A DNA stretch of 64,000 nucleotides. It comes from Lama glama (Eukaryota). The notes beneath the pieces are model-generated. The model worked only from the letters and a program-made list of their open reading frames with translations. It made no database searches and was not told where the DNA came from. Location of the stretch: the NCBI GenBank assembly GCA_028534125.1, contig CM052816.1, forward strand, positions 35,900,001 to 35,964,000. The letters are read 5' to 3'. The position numbers and the translations under genes were made by a program. Below, in pieces: positions 52,288 through 63,835 of the stretch; the stretch's first letter is position 1, and every line of letters starts with the position of its first letter.

Positions 52288-53509
52288 TTTTTTAAATTGA
52301 AGTACAGTCAGTTACAGTGTGTCAGTTTCTAGTGTACAGCACAGTGTCCCAGTCATGCACATATACACACATAGTCATTTTCATATTCTTTTTCATTAAA
52401 GGTTATTACAAGACATTGAACATAGTTCCCTGTGCTATACAGAAGAAACTTATTTAAAATCTGTTTTTATATGTAGTGACATTTATAAGTCTCAAACTCC
52501 CAAACTTAGCCCTTCCCATCTTCTTTCCCCAGTAACAATGATTATTTACTATGTCTGCAAGTCTGTTTGTTTTGTAGATGAGTTCATAGTGTCCTTTTTC
52601 TTTATGTTCTTTTTTTTTTTTTTTTTTTTTACATTCCACACATGAATGACAATCATGGTATTTTTCCTTCTTTTCCTGGCTGGCTTCTCTTAGAATGAGG
52701 ATCTCTAGGTCCATCCATGTTGCTGAAAATGGCAGTATTTTATTCTTTTTATGGCTGAGTAATATTTCATTGTGTATATATACCATGACTTCTTTATCCA
52801 GTCATCTGTTGATGGACATGTAGATTGCTTCTCTGTCTTGGCTATTGTATATAGTGCTGCTATGATCATTGGGGTGCATGTATCTTTTTGAATTAGAGTT
52901 CCCTCTAGATATATACTCAGAAGTGGGATTGCTGGATCATATGGTAGGTCTACTTTTAGTTTCTTGAGGAATCTCCATACTGTTTTCCACGGTGGCTGCA
53001 CCGAACTGCATTTCCATCAGCAGTGTAGGAGGGTCCCCTTTTCTCCACACCCTCTCCAGCATTTATGGTTCATGGATATTTGAATGATGGCTGTTCTTAC
53101 TGGTGTGAGGTGATAACTACATTATAGATTTGATTTGAATTTCTCTGATAGTGATATTGAGCATTTTTTCATGTGCCTATTGGCCATTTGTATGTCATCC
53201 TTGGAGAATTGCTTGTTTAGGTCTTCTGCCCATTTTTGGATTGGGGTATTTGATTTTTTGTTGTTGTTGTTATTAAGTTGTATAAGCTGTTTATATAGTC
53301 TGGAAATGAAGCCTTTGTTGGTCATATTATTTGCAAATATTTTCTCCCATTCTGTAGGTTGTCGTTTTGTTTTGCTTATGGTTTCTTTTGCTGTGCAAAA
53401 GCTTTTAAGTTTAATTTGGTCCCATTTATTTATTTTTGTTTTTATTTCTATTGCCTGGATAGATTGCCGTAGGAGAACATTGCTAAGATTTATGTCAGAG
53501 AAAGTTTTG
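52288..53509 (-). mobile_element. 5'-truncated LINE-1 (~1.2 kb: ORF2 C-terminus, 3'UTR, poly-A)
   Basis: The ORF track gives L1 ORF2 peptides ([61 protein letters not shown]) in different frames. Poly-T at the left end. Degenerate TSD tatggctatttctt (52274-52287) / tacgtctgtttctt (53510-53523). Confidence 0.95.
52650..53509 (-). pseudogene. Frameshifted LINE-1 ORF2p C-terminal remnant
   Basis: Homologous peptide is split across ORFs 53122-53529, 52705-53001 and 52454-52786. The endonuclease and RT core are absent. Confidence 0.9.
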
Positions 53510-54069
53510 TACGTCTGTTTCTTATTCATGACCCTCTACAGACCAAACCCATGGCTGTGAACGGTAGCTCAGAGAAGACATTTCAGCAGTAAAGTTAAGG
53601 CAGGTTGCAGTTTTCTAGGTGCTGAGATGGCCCAGGTGTGCTTAACTTAGTTATCTGGCCGGAAAAAGTAGAGTCTGGTAACCTAGAGATATGAACAGGA
53701 TTGTATCCCTTACTCTGCACGTCTACTGTGAGATGCTTCACTGGTTCTTCATAGGACTAGTTAATTGACAGTTAAATCCTCATCAGTGTTTAAAGCAGTT
53801 ATTCTCTGTTGGTTGAAAAATAGAGCCTGTTCTTTAGAAACCTGCTGTTGAGGTAGCCCTCCCATACAGAACTACAGCCTCTCAGGGTCCTTAGAGCTAA
53901 GCCTCCAGTGATGCCCTTAGTGCCTCGCCTACAGGATTCTGATCTCAGGGTGCCTCACCTCAGGCTCAGTCTAAGCACCAGCTGTGATGGTGGATGAGGT
54001 CTGTCCCTGCTGGGTTATAAGGATGTGGCTGGGACAGGGGCAGAGAGAGGAGCCCAACTCTAAGCCAAC

Positions 54070-54135
54070 TCCTGTTTTGACAGATGAAAAATCTGATACT
54101 CAGGAGCATTAAGCCACATACCCACATCACCTATC
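54070..54135 (-). mobile_element. MIR core fragment
   Basis: tgttttgacagatgaaaaatctgatactcaggagcattaagccacatacccacatcac. Confidence 0.55.
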
Positions 54136-54377
54136 TAGGATATAGCATATGTGAAACTAGAATGTATAGAAATAAATAGCTTGACTTATGTTTGTGGCCA
54201 AAAGCTGATCCCCATTAGAAACAGCAAGTGGGAGATGGCACAAGTAATTGAATGGAAAGGACAAGTGGGTACCATTAAAGGTGTGAATGTTGGATCAAGG
54301 TGTGTTCACATTGCTTTTTACACAAAGAGCCAAATTTACCTGCTCTTTATGGTTGGGTTCCTGGACCCAGTTTCATA

Positions 54378-55176
54378 TGTGGAGGGGGTGGTTTCCCATA
54401 CCCACAATCAATTCTCAGAAATTTTAGGATGCTGGGTGTCCTAAAAGTCAACCCAGTGCTGACAGTATCTACCCAGAGATAGCATCAGATTCTACAGGTA
54501 AAGGGCTCGGTTCCACAAGACTGACACCGGACCTCCCCACCCATTCACATACCAGTTACCAAGTCCGGGTTGTTAACCTGTACCGGTTATAAATCAGAGG
54601 TTCTTCTGACACCCTCCTTGAGTTCAGTTAGTTTGCTAGAGCAGCTCACAGAACTCAGAAACATTTTACTTAGTAGATCACTGGTTTATTGTATGTAAGA
54701 GGATATAAATCAGGAGTAGCCAGATGGAAGAGAGGCGGAGGGCAAGGTGTGGGGAGAGGGCACAGAGCTGCCATGCTTCTCCAAGCTCAGCTTTCTCCAA
54801 ATTGCTGCGAAGCTCTCGGAACCCAATGATTTAGGGTTTTATGGAGGCTCCATCACAGAGGCATAATTGATTAGATCATTGGATTTTGGTGATGGAGCTT
54901 AATCTTCAGCCCCTACAACCCCCAGGTCAGGGGGTGGGTGGAAAGTTACAGCCTTACAATCGCAGGGTTGACAATCAGCCCCCACCCTTAGGTGCTTCCC
55001 CAAAGTGCCTCATTAACATAACAAAAGACACCTTTTATCCTTCTCAATGTTTAAAAAATTCCTGGGGTTTTGGAGAGCTATGAGCCAGGCATCATGGAGG
55101 AGAACCAAGTAAGCATGAGAAATTTTGGTTGCCTGAATTATCAAATAGATATTTTTCTTATAAATGTATTATTGCA
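54378..55176 (-). mobile_element. Solo LTR, MER21-like endogenous retrovirus
   Basis: TG...CA termini flanked by a 5-bp TSD tcata (54373-54377 / 55177-55181). Internal gctgggtgtcc, atagcatcagat, tttgctagagcagctcacagaactcag and ataacaaaagacac match recalled MER21 reverse complement. AATAAA on - at 54685-54690. Confidence 0.85.
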
Positions 55177-56169
55177 TCATACCATACTGAAACAGAAGAG
55201 GAAATTCCATCAGTTAACTGGTTACCTTGTTGAGGGAATCAAATAACCTTTTCTTCTCACTGTCCCTCTCCACTTTATATTATTTGAAAAGTTTTAATTG
55301 GCCCGTTGTTTTTAATAGCAGAGCCAATGACTGCTTTTTAAGTAAAAACGGAAAATCTTCATATATTGGCTGATAAGCATTATATAAAATTCGAAGTTGA
55401 AAGTAATTCTTTAGCTTTTCAATGTAAAAGCAATCTTTTAAAAATATAATTTCAGCATAAGACGATTGGATCTTCAGTGTTGGAGCATTTGGAAAAAAAA
55501 GAGTATCTAGTTTTATATAACTTACCCTAATACTCTTAGAATACCGAAGTGTTTTTACTGTTTTTACAGTAACAAGCTTGAGATAGGATCCAATATGAAT
55601 ATATTATCCTCACAGCAAGCCTTTTCCTTTAGTCAATTTCAGAACACATAATAAGCAAAGCAATATATAAGCACCATGTATATATATGTGCAATCCTTGT
55701 TTCAAAGTATATTCATGTTCTCAGATTTGGGACGGGGTAAAGCATTCAGAAAGAAATATTTTTTTTGAAAGCAAATAAACTCCCTAAAGGATAATTGCTC
55801 TTCTAGAGACATCAATATATATTTCAATATTTATCTCTGCAATGTGGTACAGTTCTATTTGGGGGCAGTAATTTCACTCCTAGCACCAGGATGGCTGCAG
55901 GAGGACTCCTTCCAGAGATGTAATGAATGACCTTTAAACAGCTCTATTTGAGACTGTATTTTCCTTCAGAGAGAGTATAAATATTCTTTGGATTGTACAC
56001 ATTACTTAATACTTTATCTGGATAGCGAAGTGGACTTAAACAGATGTAATCTTTTCTTTGTTAAATTAAGAGTTCTCATTCTGTCCTGAATTATATTGTA
56101 GGAGAGAAAAATGAGGAGGGGGCCCTTTAGAGAGTGTTCTATACAAACAGCATTATGGCCAGGAAGAAT

Positions 56170-56450
56170 TCACTCATTCTGTCATGTTAGTCAGTAAATA
56201 CTCACTGAACATTATGGGCCTACCACTGTACTGGATCCTAGGAGGGTTGCAAATAAGTAAGACATCCTCAAGAAATGTGTATGTGTATTTTTCCTTTTTG
56301 GTGGAGACATAGGGGAGAGACTTAAATGACAGTTTAAAGGGAAGAGTCACGATGAACAATCAGAGAATGAACTCCTAGACAGCAGACATCGCTGAGAAGG
56401 GTTTTGCAGGAGGTGGGACTGCAAAGATGGTGAGCGCTGGAGAGGCCCTC
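56170..56450 (-). mobile_element. L2 3' fragment
   Basis: cactcattc...tcagtaaatactcactgaac...ccactgtactggatcctagg, then gagaagggttttgcaggaggtgggac. Confidence 0.55.
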
Positions 56451-57278
56451 CAGCAGGGAGGGGAAGGGGTGCTTCCTTGGGGGGCAGGGCTTCTGGCCCC
56501 CGCTGGGACCAATTCACTCTCCCAGGGATGGACTAACCTTATTCTGTGTCAGTTTCTTCAAATATAAGATGATGTCCAACATCTCTACTTGCCATTCTGC
56601 CATCTAAGCACACCCCCCCGAGCTGTAGAATTCTCTTCACGTCTACCTCCAATTTTTTGCTTAAACATTAAAGTGAAAAAACCTCATATAAACTAACTTT
56701 CTTTTCTCTTTTCTAAAATTCAGCCTAGATTCTTCGGCTCTGTAAATATTTCCCATTTGGATAGTAATTACATCAAGGGAAATCTATACATTTAAACGTA
56801 TGTGGTTTTCATGGTTGCATAATAACTGAGTCGTAATTGGATAATTCTCATTAATGAAAAGACAAGAAAATTAGTAAGTCAAGACATGGTTAGGTCACAG
56901 CATCTGACCATCGTGACTTAACCTTCCCTTTGCCCTTATCTGCTAACACTTTGGCCTTAATCTGGACAAAGAGCAATTTAAATCTCTTTCCATTTCTATC
57001 TTTTTTCTTAAAGCAGCTTCAAGTCTAAACCTCTAATAAAGAAAGGGATAATAAAATAGCAGGGAAAGTATAAAGGAAATTATATTGACTCTCCTAGAAG
57101 TTTTGGAAGAGAAATAGATTCTCTTTCCTCAATGTTGTAATAATAATAATCATGGTATGATTTCTACTTTGCTAGACTCAGGACTATTTGAAAATCTATA
57201 ATGAGTATAATCAGGTATTAAGCATTTAAAAATTACTATTTCCTGAAAGCCAGGAAATGATTTGCCCAGTGGAAAATT

Positions 57279-57353
57279 CAAAAGAAAAAGAAAAAAGAAA
57301 AAAGAAAAAATTCATATATATATATGTGTGTATATATATATATATTTTTTTTT
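57279..57353. repeat. (GAAAAAA)n run followed by interrupted (TA)n and a T-run
   Basis: Seen directly: aaaagaaaaagaaaaaagaaaaaagaaaaaattcatatatatatatgtgtgtatatatatatatattttttttt. Confidence 0.9.
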
Positions 57354-57359
57354 AAACAG

Positions 57360-57680
57360 TATAATCCATGTGTGATGGAGTCAAGGGTAGGAAATGTATC
57401 TTGGAGTATAAACTCGAGTGAATCATTTAATCTCTTTGGGGCTCAGATTTTTTTTTAATTGCAAAATAATAGCTAGTATTTATGTTAAACATATGCCAGG
57501 CACTATCCCAAACCTTTCATATTTGATCTCTTAATCTTTGCAATACCACTATAGAGTACGTACTACCATAGGATTGTAATTTTGTTCCTTCTTGCTTTAT
57601 CTTCCCTAACATTTCTATGAAATTATTTGAACTCAAGTCTCTTTGATTGTCTCTGTGCTATGAACCACTATCCTGGACTG
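57360..57680. mobile_element. MIR fragments (+ then -)
   Basis: aatcatttaatctctttggggctcagattttttt...aaaataata (+), then atatgccaggcactatccc...tttgatctcttaatct and tttgaactcaagtctctttgatt (-). Confidence 0.6.
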
Positions 57681-58171
57681 GCTTGTTACTCACATTTTAT
57701 AAGAGACCAAATACTTTGATTATTTAAATGTGAACATATTTCTAAACATATACAATAATAATAAAACTTTGAATGTAAAAAGTACCTTATCTTTAAAGGA
57801 ACTCTAGGAAAGGTCTTTTATTAATTTGTAGCAAAATATTTCACATCAGTAGTAGAAAGGCTTTTTTTTTTTTTTTAATCCCTATTGTACAGAGGAGAAC
57901 CACAGCACACACAGAAGTCCTGGGAGAACGTAGGAGAATCCCACAACTAACTGGGACTGAATTCACTCCTGTGTATGTTGTTGACAAATATCATAGTTTA
58001 GAAATGAGGAAGCAAAAGTAGGTTTCACCACAGTGCCCCAGACACCACAGTCTCTGAATTCCGGTCAGCCTCAGCATTGGCTGCATAATTCTTGAGGTGA
58101 CATTGGTCCAGATTCATGCCTGGATGCCAGCCCCCTGACCTGTCCTTCCCTCTCTCACCCCTTCTTACCTG

Positions 58172-58345
58172 ACTAGTAGTTGCTGGGTACCCACCATGTA
58201 CCTGGCACTGTGCTAGGGACCAGGGCCAGACAGTGACTGCCCGCAGACATGGACGCTGCCCTTGTGGAGCTTACAGGTCAGTGGAGGGTGATAATATACA
58301 AGGGGACATAAAATTGCAAGTGTGCTGAGTGTCATAAAGGAGAGA
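58172..58345 (-). mobile_element. L2 3' end
   Basis: tgctgggtacccaccatgtacctggcactgtgctaggg...gctgcccttgtggagcttacaggtcagtgg is a clear reverse-complement L2 tail. Confidence 0.8.
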
Positions 58346-60204
58346 GATGTGGGAGGCTACGGGGTGGGGGCGGGTTGTGGGACAGGAGCCTTAAAGTCTG
58401 GACTCCAGCAGTCATTTAATTTCTTCCTAAGTGTTCCAGCCTCGATACGAACAGTCTCCCACATCGTGGGTAATTTCAGGCAGATGAAATGTGCTGAAGG
58501 GATCTGAATAAGATCAAAATTTTGATCAAAAGATATCTTCCTGTGGATTTTCATTAGTGGAAGTTGAAGTGGAGTGATGAGTTGGCTTCATAAGGGCATT
58601 GGTTCAGGTAACTTTCCCTTGCAGCAGACCAGCTGGAGTGGAGAAATTTATTTGGGAAGACCATTGTGGGCAGGGCAACAGAGTTCAAGGTTGAAGGGTA
58701 GAAAATGGGAATTTTGCTTTGTGCTCTGTCACCAAACAACTTGTGTGTGTTTTTTGGTAAAATCTGGCAAGACTCTTGCGACCGTTAAGAAAGGCGTACA
58801 TGTGATGGTTCTCACAGGGCCTGGCACCTAGTAAGTACTGATTAAATTCACTCCTGCTTGTCACTGGGTGGTGTGGAAGGAACCAAGGTGGACACCCTTG
58901 ATAGAGAGCTGATGTTGATCTACAGAAAGGGTAGTTTGTGATAAATGTGAGCCAAAGAGGGGCTGTTGGATGGACTTAACCAAATAGGCAGTAAGTGGTA
59001 CAGGGACTCAGGAGGGGAATATTCCAGAGGGGGATAATGGTGTGGTAAAGGGAAAACATGGGTGTGTCCAGCAGCACAGACTAAGTTGCCCAGTTTCCTG
59101 GAGTGCCTGATCGTCATAGGGAAGGACGGAGGATGGAATGGGGAGGCTGGGTGGTGGCACTTCAAGGGGGCTGGGGTAGTTCAACCTGTCTCCCAAGAAA
59201 GCTTTCCTTCTCTTCTCAGCCTCTTGGATGGAGATCAGATCAGAAAGGCGTTGTAGAATGTTATTTTTACTCTCTGTTCTTGAAATGGAGCTTTGCACTA
59301 GCTGGTATATTCCAAAGAAGTTCCTTTCCATTATTTTTAGCTTGAGATTTAATGAAGAGTGGTAGTAAAATCAGATTAGCGGCAGTGTGGACTCCCATTA
59401 TGGAAGAATGTGTATATCTTACATCTGACTTGAAGCTGTTAGCCATTCTTTGCATTCCTTTCTTCTGTCACAGGTTAATTAAACTCATGTTGTGGTCAGC
59501 GTGTACTTTATAAGGCAGAATCTTAAACATGTGGGATAAGATGACTAGATGAGAAGTTAAGGGGTGGGAATGCAGATCATTGACTTGAAGGCTCAATTGT
59601 CATTTAAAATAATGATGAATTGACATGTCCACAAATATAAGAAAATCTCCATTCCCCTTCTACACACAAAATAAACAAAACAACGGACACGAAAGCACTG
59701 AGAAAACCTTGAGCACGGGTAACTGCACAAACAGGATTAGAAAACTGCACGTTGACCAACCGAACAGATTAATGTGCGATACGTATCTGGCTGTCTTGAG
59801 GTTCTGAAGGTGTACCAGAGCAAGATAATAAAATTGCCTGTCAGGTAATCTGATTTGAGAATTCCAGTCATCTGTGAACTGGTGTGAGGGCTAATCAGCC
59901 AAGAGTTTGCCAAGACTCATTGTGTTCTAAGCTGCTGCACTCTCTGCGTCTCTCTCTGCAGGACGTGGTAGACAGTGTCCTGCGCAGAGCAGGAGGTGAG
60001 GAACCCGGGAGAGGTCCCAGTTCAGAGGATGTCTGAGGCCCAGCTCTGGACTGAGCCGAACGTTTCTCAGTTGTTCAGAAATGGGACAATTATTCACGCC
60101 CAGCTGCTCAGCAGACAGCACAGGGACCTCCATCCCTCTCAGCTGGCAGAAGTTGCTGTTGCAGAATTGAACAGCAAGTGTCCCTCCCAAGGTGTGCAGG
60201 GTGT

Positions 60205-60330
60205 AGGCCTTTGAATCTGGGTGCTGGCAGATAGTAGCACTCTGACCTTACCCACGATACAGAACCTTTCTGAGACTCGGTTTTCCCATCTGCAAAGTGG
60301 GCCTAACTCCTGGGGTGGTTGGATTCAAAT
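60205..60330 (+). mobile_element. MIR fragment
   Basis: tttgaatctggg...tgacctt...aacctttctgagactcggttttcccatctgcaaagtggg. Confidence 0.7.
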
Positions 60331-61984
60331 CCACCTCACAGTATTTGTACCCGATAATCTGTAGATATAATCTAAGGTGTAAATAAACTGATGTCTTTTT
60401 GCATGTCATTGATATTTTTCTTTGCCTATCAATTAGTTTCTTCCCACTGTCTTTTTTCCTGAAAAGGTTATAATTGTTTCCTTCTCTTTCACTTAGTGTT
60501 TCAATGGGGATAACTAGAGAAAGCTCACAATTGTTTACTATTTACTAGTAGGTTTTTGTTTTATTAGGATCTTACATGTATTATGCAAATACTCATTGTT
60601 CTTGTATCAGTGACGTACTTTGGGTACTTTGGGTACAAGATTCAACTGGAACTTCAAAATGGGACTATTCTTAAAAAGGTGCTCAAAGCTTTAAATTATT
60701 TTTCTTTCTAATACAAGTGAGGTGTGTGCTTTTAATATATACATCTGTTTATATTCTAGAATAATTTAATTTCTCCCTTTTGTAATTTATTAGCCTTGAA
60801 ATATTTTATAGGAAAAACAATAAAATGCCTCAGTTATACGAATTGTTACTGTCAGTACCATTTCAAAAAAAGTGCTAACAAGTTACAGGGTGATCAGCCA
60901 GCTTTCTTTCTGGACATCAGTTGCTGCTCGCCTTTTATTTGAAATAACTCTTCAGTGTATGTATAGAAGTTATAAAATTATTCTACTTTTTAAAGAAATT
61001 ATATCTGAACTCCTTAAGTATTAATTTCCTTTTACAAAGTATCATAAAAGATATTATCACATCCCAGTAAGATAGTAATCAGAAAACAACTGCAGAGATG
61101 GATAGAAAATATAATGTGTGGAAGAACATGCTCAGTGTACTTTTTTTTTTTTTAACAAAAACATTTAAATGCCTTTTCACTGATTCTATAAGGAATTGGT
61201 CTCACAGAATGATTTTAAAGTATATATAATTTGGGGGGAAACATCTTTCAAAATCAGTATACTTCATTTAGTAGAGAGAAAATCATAAAGGGAATCAACT
61301 TCTCATCTCTATTATCTGTTTAGTGAATGCTGTAGAATTCCCATTGGATGTTGCAGAAGATACATCAGTGTCAACAGCAATGGCCACAAAGTACAGTATC
61401 CTGCCAGGTAATGGCTCTATCACTAGGACAAGGGAGTCTGTGTGAGGACAACAGGGATTCTATTCAAGGTCAAGGTCTCCTCTGTATGTTAAAACAACTG
61501 TACCTCAGGGAGACATGAAATGGAGATGGTCTCTCCCCTCTAGGGATATACAATCTAATGGATGGGTTTAGCTTCCCTGGGGTTACTGTGGCCTTGACCT
61601 TTGGAGGATATGAGAGCTGGGAGGTGGCAGGGCATTGGTGGAAGGGGGCCAAGATGTTCGTCGGCTCCCATCTTTCCCATTCCTTCGTCACAAACGTCTT
61701 CCCTAAGGTCACAGCAGCACTGATTACAGAGCAGGTACTTAGTGCTCACCCCGTCCTAGTGGGGACTCCTGGCTGCCCAGCTCAATGGGGTCCCTGGGGG
61801 AAGGCAAGTAAATACCTAAGTTCCGTAGGTGTTTACTTGAATTGGATCAGTGGCAGTTCTCTTGCTCTCCCTGTCACTCTTTCTTGATGTATTTGTATCT
61901 CCTCGTGGTCAGGATTCCCCCTCTGGAGGGAAATTTATATCCAAAGCCTAATTCCTTAGAGGAGAGTGTAATAATTAAACAAGT

Positions 61985-62130
61985 TGCATTTGTTTATCCC
62001 TTCACACACATTGTCTCTTTTGTACCTTGAACTAACTCTCAGAAGTAAATTATTATTGTCTCCATGTTATGGCTGATACAAATGGTTGCTCAAAGTGGCA
62101 GAGCCAGGAACTGGACTCAGAAATCCTTTT
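61985..62130 (-). mobile_element. MIR fragment
   Basis: taaattattattgtctccatgttat...aagtggcagagccaggaactggactcag. Confidence 0.55.
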
Positions 62131-62402
62131 CCTGACATGGGCTAGCCTTTTCCTCTTCACCATTCTGCTAACGGCTGTCTGCAATATCTGGTGCATGTGG
62201 ATGGCCTCAAAACAAATTATTTTCTAAATTTTTAAAAATATTTGCCCTCTTGACTTTGTAAAATAGAGAGCTCTGTGAATATAGAGTCCTGTGATGAGGT
62301 GATGTCCATTCATATAAATGGTTTATGGAGTGATATAATTTGAGTTATCGGCATTTTTAATAGTGCCTTGCTCTAAGTAGACACCAGTATTGTTTCATTC
62401 GT

Positions 62403-62650
62403 GGAACAGTGAGAATGGTTCCCTTAGACCTTGGAGCCGGCAGTCCTAGCCTTAATCACAGCTCTGTCACTTCCCAGCATTCTTCTCTCATGAGTTACCT
62501 GACTTTCCTCTGCCTCAGTTTCCTCATCTGTTAAATGAGGATGATAATAGTACCTTCCTCGTGGGTTGCTTGAGGATCAGATGATTTAATACATGCCTGG
62601 AACAATGCCTGGCTCATCGTCAGCCTTCAGTTAATATTGGCCGCTATTAG
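62403..62650 (+). mobile_element. Near full-length MIR
   Basis: cttggagccggcag...gctctgtcactt...ctctgcctcagtttcctcatctgttaaatgaggatgataatagtacct...gaacaatgcctggc. Confidence 0.9.
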
Positions 62651-63471
62651 TACTGTCATTCTTAGTATCGTTACTGCTGTAATTCTTGTCCCTCACTTCT
62701 GCTGTTGTCATGACCACACAGCTGGTGTGTGGTAGGCTCTTGGGCGTTTTCTCACTTTGCCCAGCAGTTACCAGAGACCATGAGAACACTGGGCATGTCT
62801 TGCAGTGTTTTGGCTACAGTATGTGGCCAGGATTGCATACCTCTGCCAAAGCTAGAGTTTAAAAAAAAAAAGTCATATTTTGGTAATATATGTATTTCAT
62901 AGTTTTGAAAAAAAATGAATCTCAATTTAAAAAAAAGAAAAAAGAGAGATTGTCATGAAGTACTCTTTGAGCTGCATGTGTTGGTCGTGGGACAGAGTAG
63001 TGGGGATTCGTTCAGCTTCGTAAAATCTAGCTGACTTTTTTTTCTTTAACCTTACATATTTTGCTTATAGTTCTTTCTCTGAGTTAAAAGAACTACCATG
63101 TCTTAGGGGAAATTTTATAGTAAATGTTCAGAGACACCAGTTCTTCTGATGAGACAGAGGAGAGAGAATGAATCAATACTGCAGAGAGGGGTAAAAAGGT
63201 GTCATCACTAGCTCTTTCATGATCGTGTTTCTCAGTGCACTGTCTGGTGGAGAGGAGCATGGAGATCTGTAAGCAGTTGCTGGAGTCAGTCAGGAGTCCT
63301 TCGCGGATCCCCGAATCGAGAATCTAATCACGTGGGTTTCTTGTAGTCTCTGTGGCTGATGTAAGGGACATATATGTTGTGCTTTGGTTTCCTGGCTACT
63401 ACAGAAGATTTAGTGAGAATCAGATGGGTTACATGTCAAACTAATTTGAAGATTAAAAGCATTTGAGAGTC

Positions 63472-63835
63472 AGAAGAGTGTAATGGTTTCAACCAGGAGC
63501 TGGCAAACTACACATTAGGGATTGTCTACGGCAGAGGCCACGTGGCCCACAAAGCCTGAAATATTTACTCCCTGGCCCTTCAGAAAATGCTGGTGGACCC
63601 TGGTTTAGACCATGGACTTGGATGCCACTTCCTGGGGTCTGAATCCTCGCTCTGCCACCTACGGAGCCCTTGGGCTGGTGAATGAACCTCTCTCAGTCCC
63701 TTCATCTGTAGAATGAAGGTGGTGACAGTACCAGTGCCGTGGGATGGCCAAAACTGTGAAATGAGTTAATGCACATAATTAGACATGGGAAGAGTGCTCA
63801 GGGCACCAGGTGGCACTTATTAAGTGCTATGTAAG
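63472..63835 (+). mobile_element. MIR interrupted by a DNA transposon
   Basis: gtgtaatggtt...catggac...tctgaatcctcgctctgccac...ttcatctgtagaatg...aatgagttaatgcac...taagtgct. Confidence 0.75.
63494..63602 (+). mobile_element. Internally deleted hAT-Charlie MITE (MER58A-like)
   Basis: caggagctggcaaactac ... tggcccacaaagcctgaaatatttactccctggccctt ... gaccctg. 8-bp TSD-like gtttcaac (63486-63493) / gtttagac (63603-63610). Confidence 0.8.

Noticed and set aside
53135..53560. 141-aa + strand ORF
   Set aside because: Antisense reading of L1 ORF2, a well-known spurious ORF class.
58512..58527. 16-bp palindrome GATCAAAATTTTGATC
   Set aside because: 8-bp arms are expected about once or more by chance in 64 kb of AT-rich DNA.
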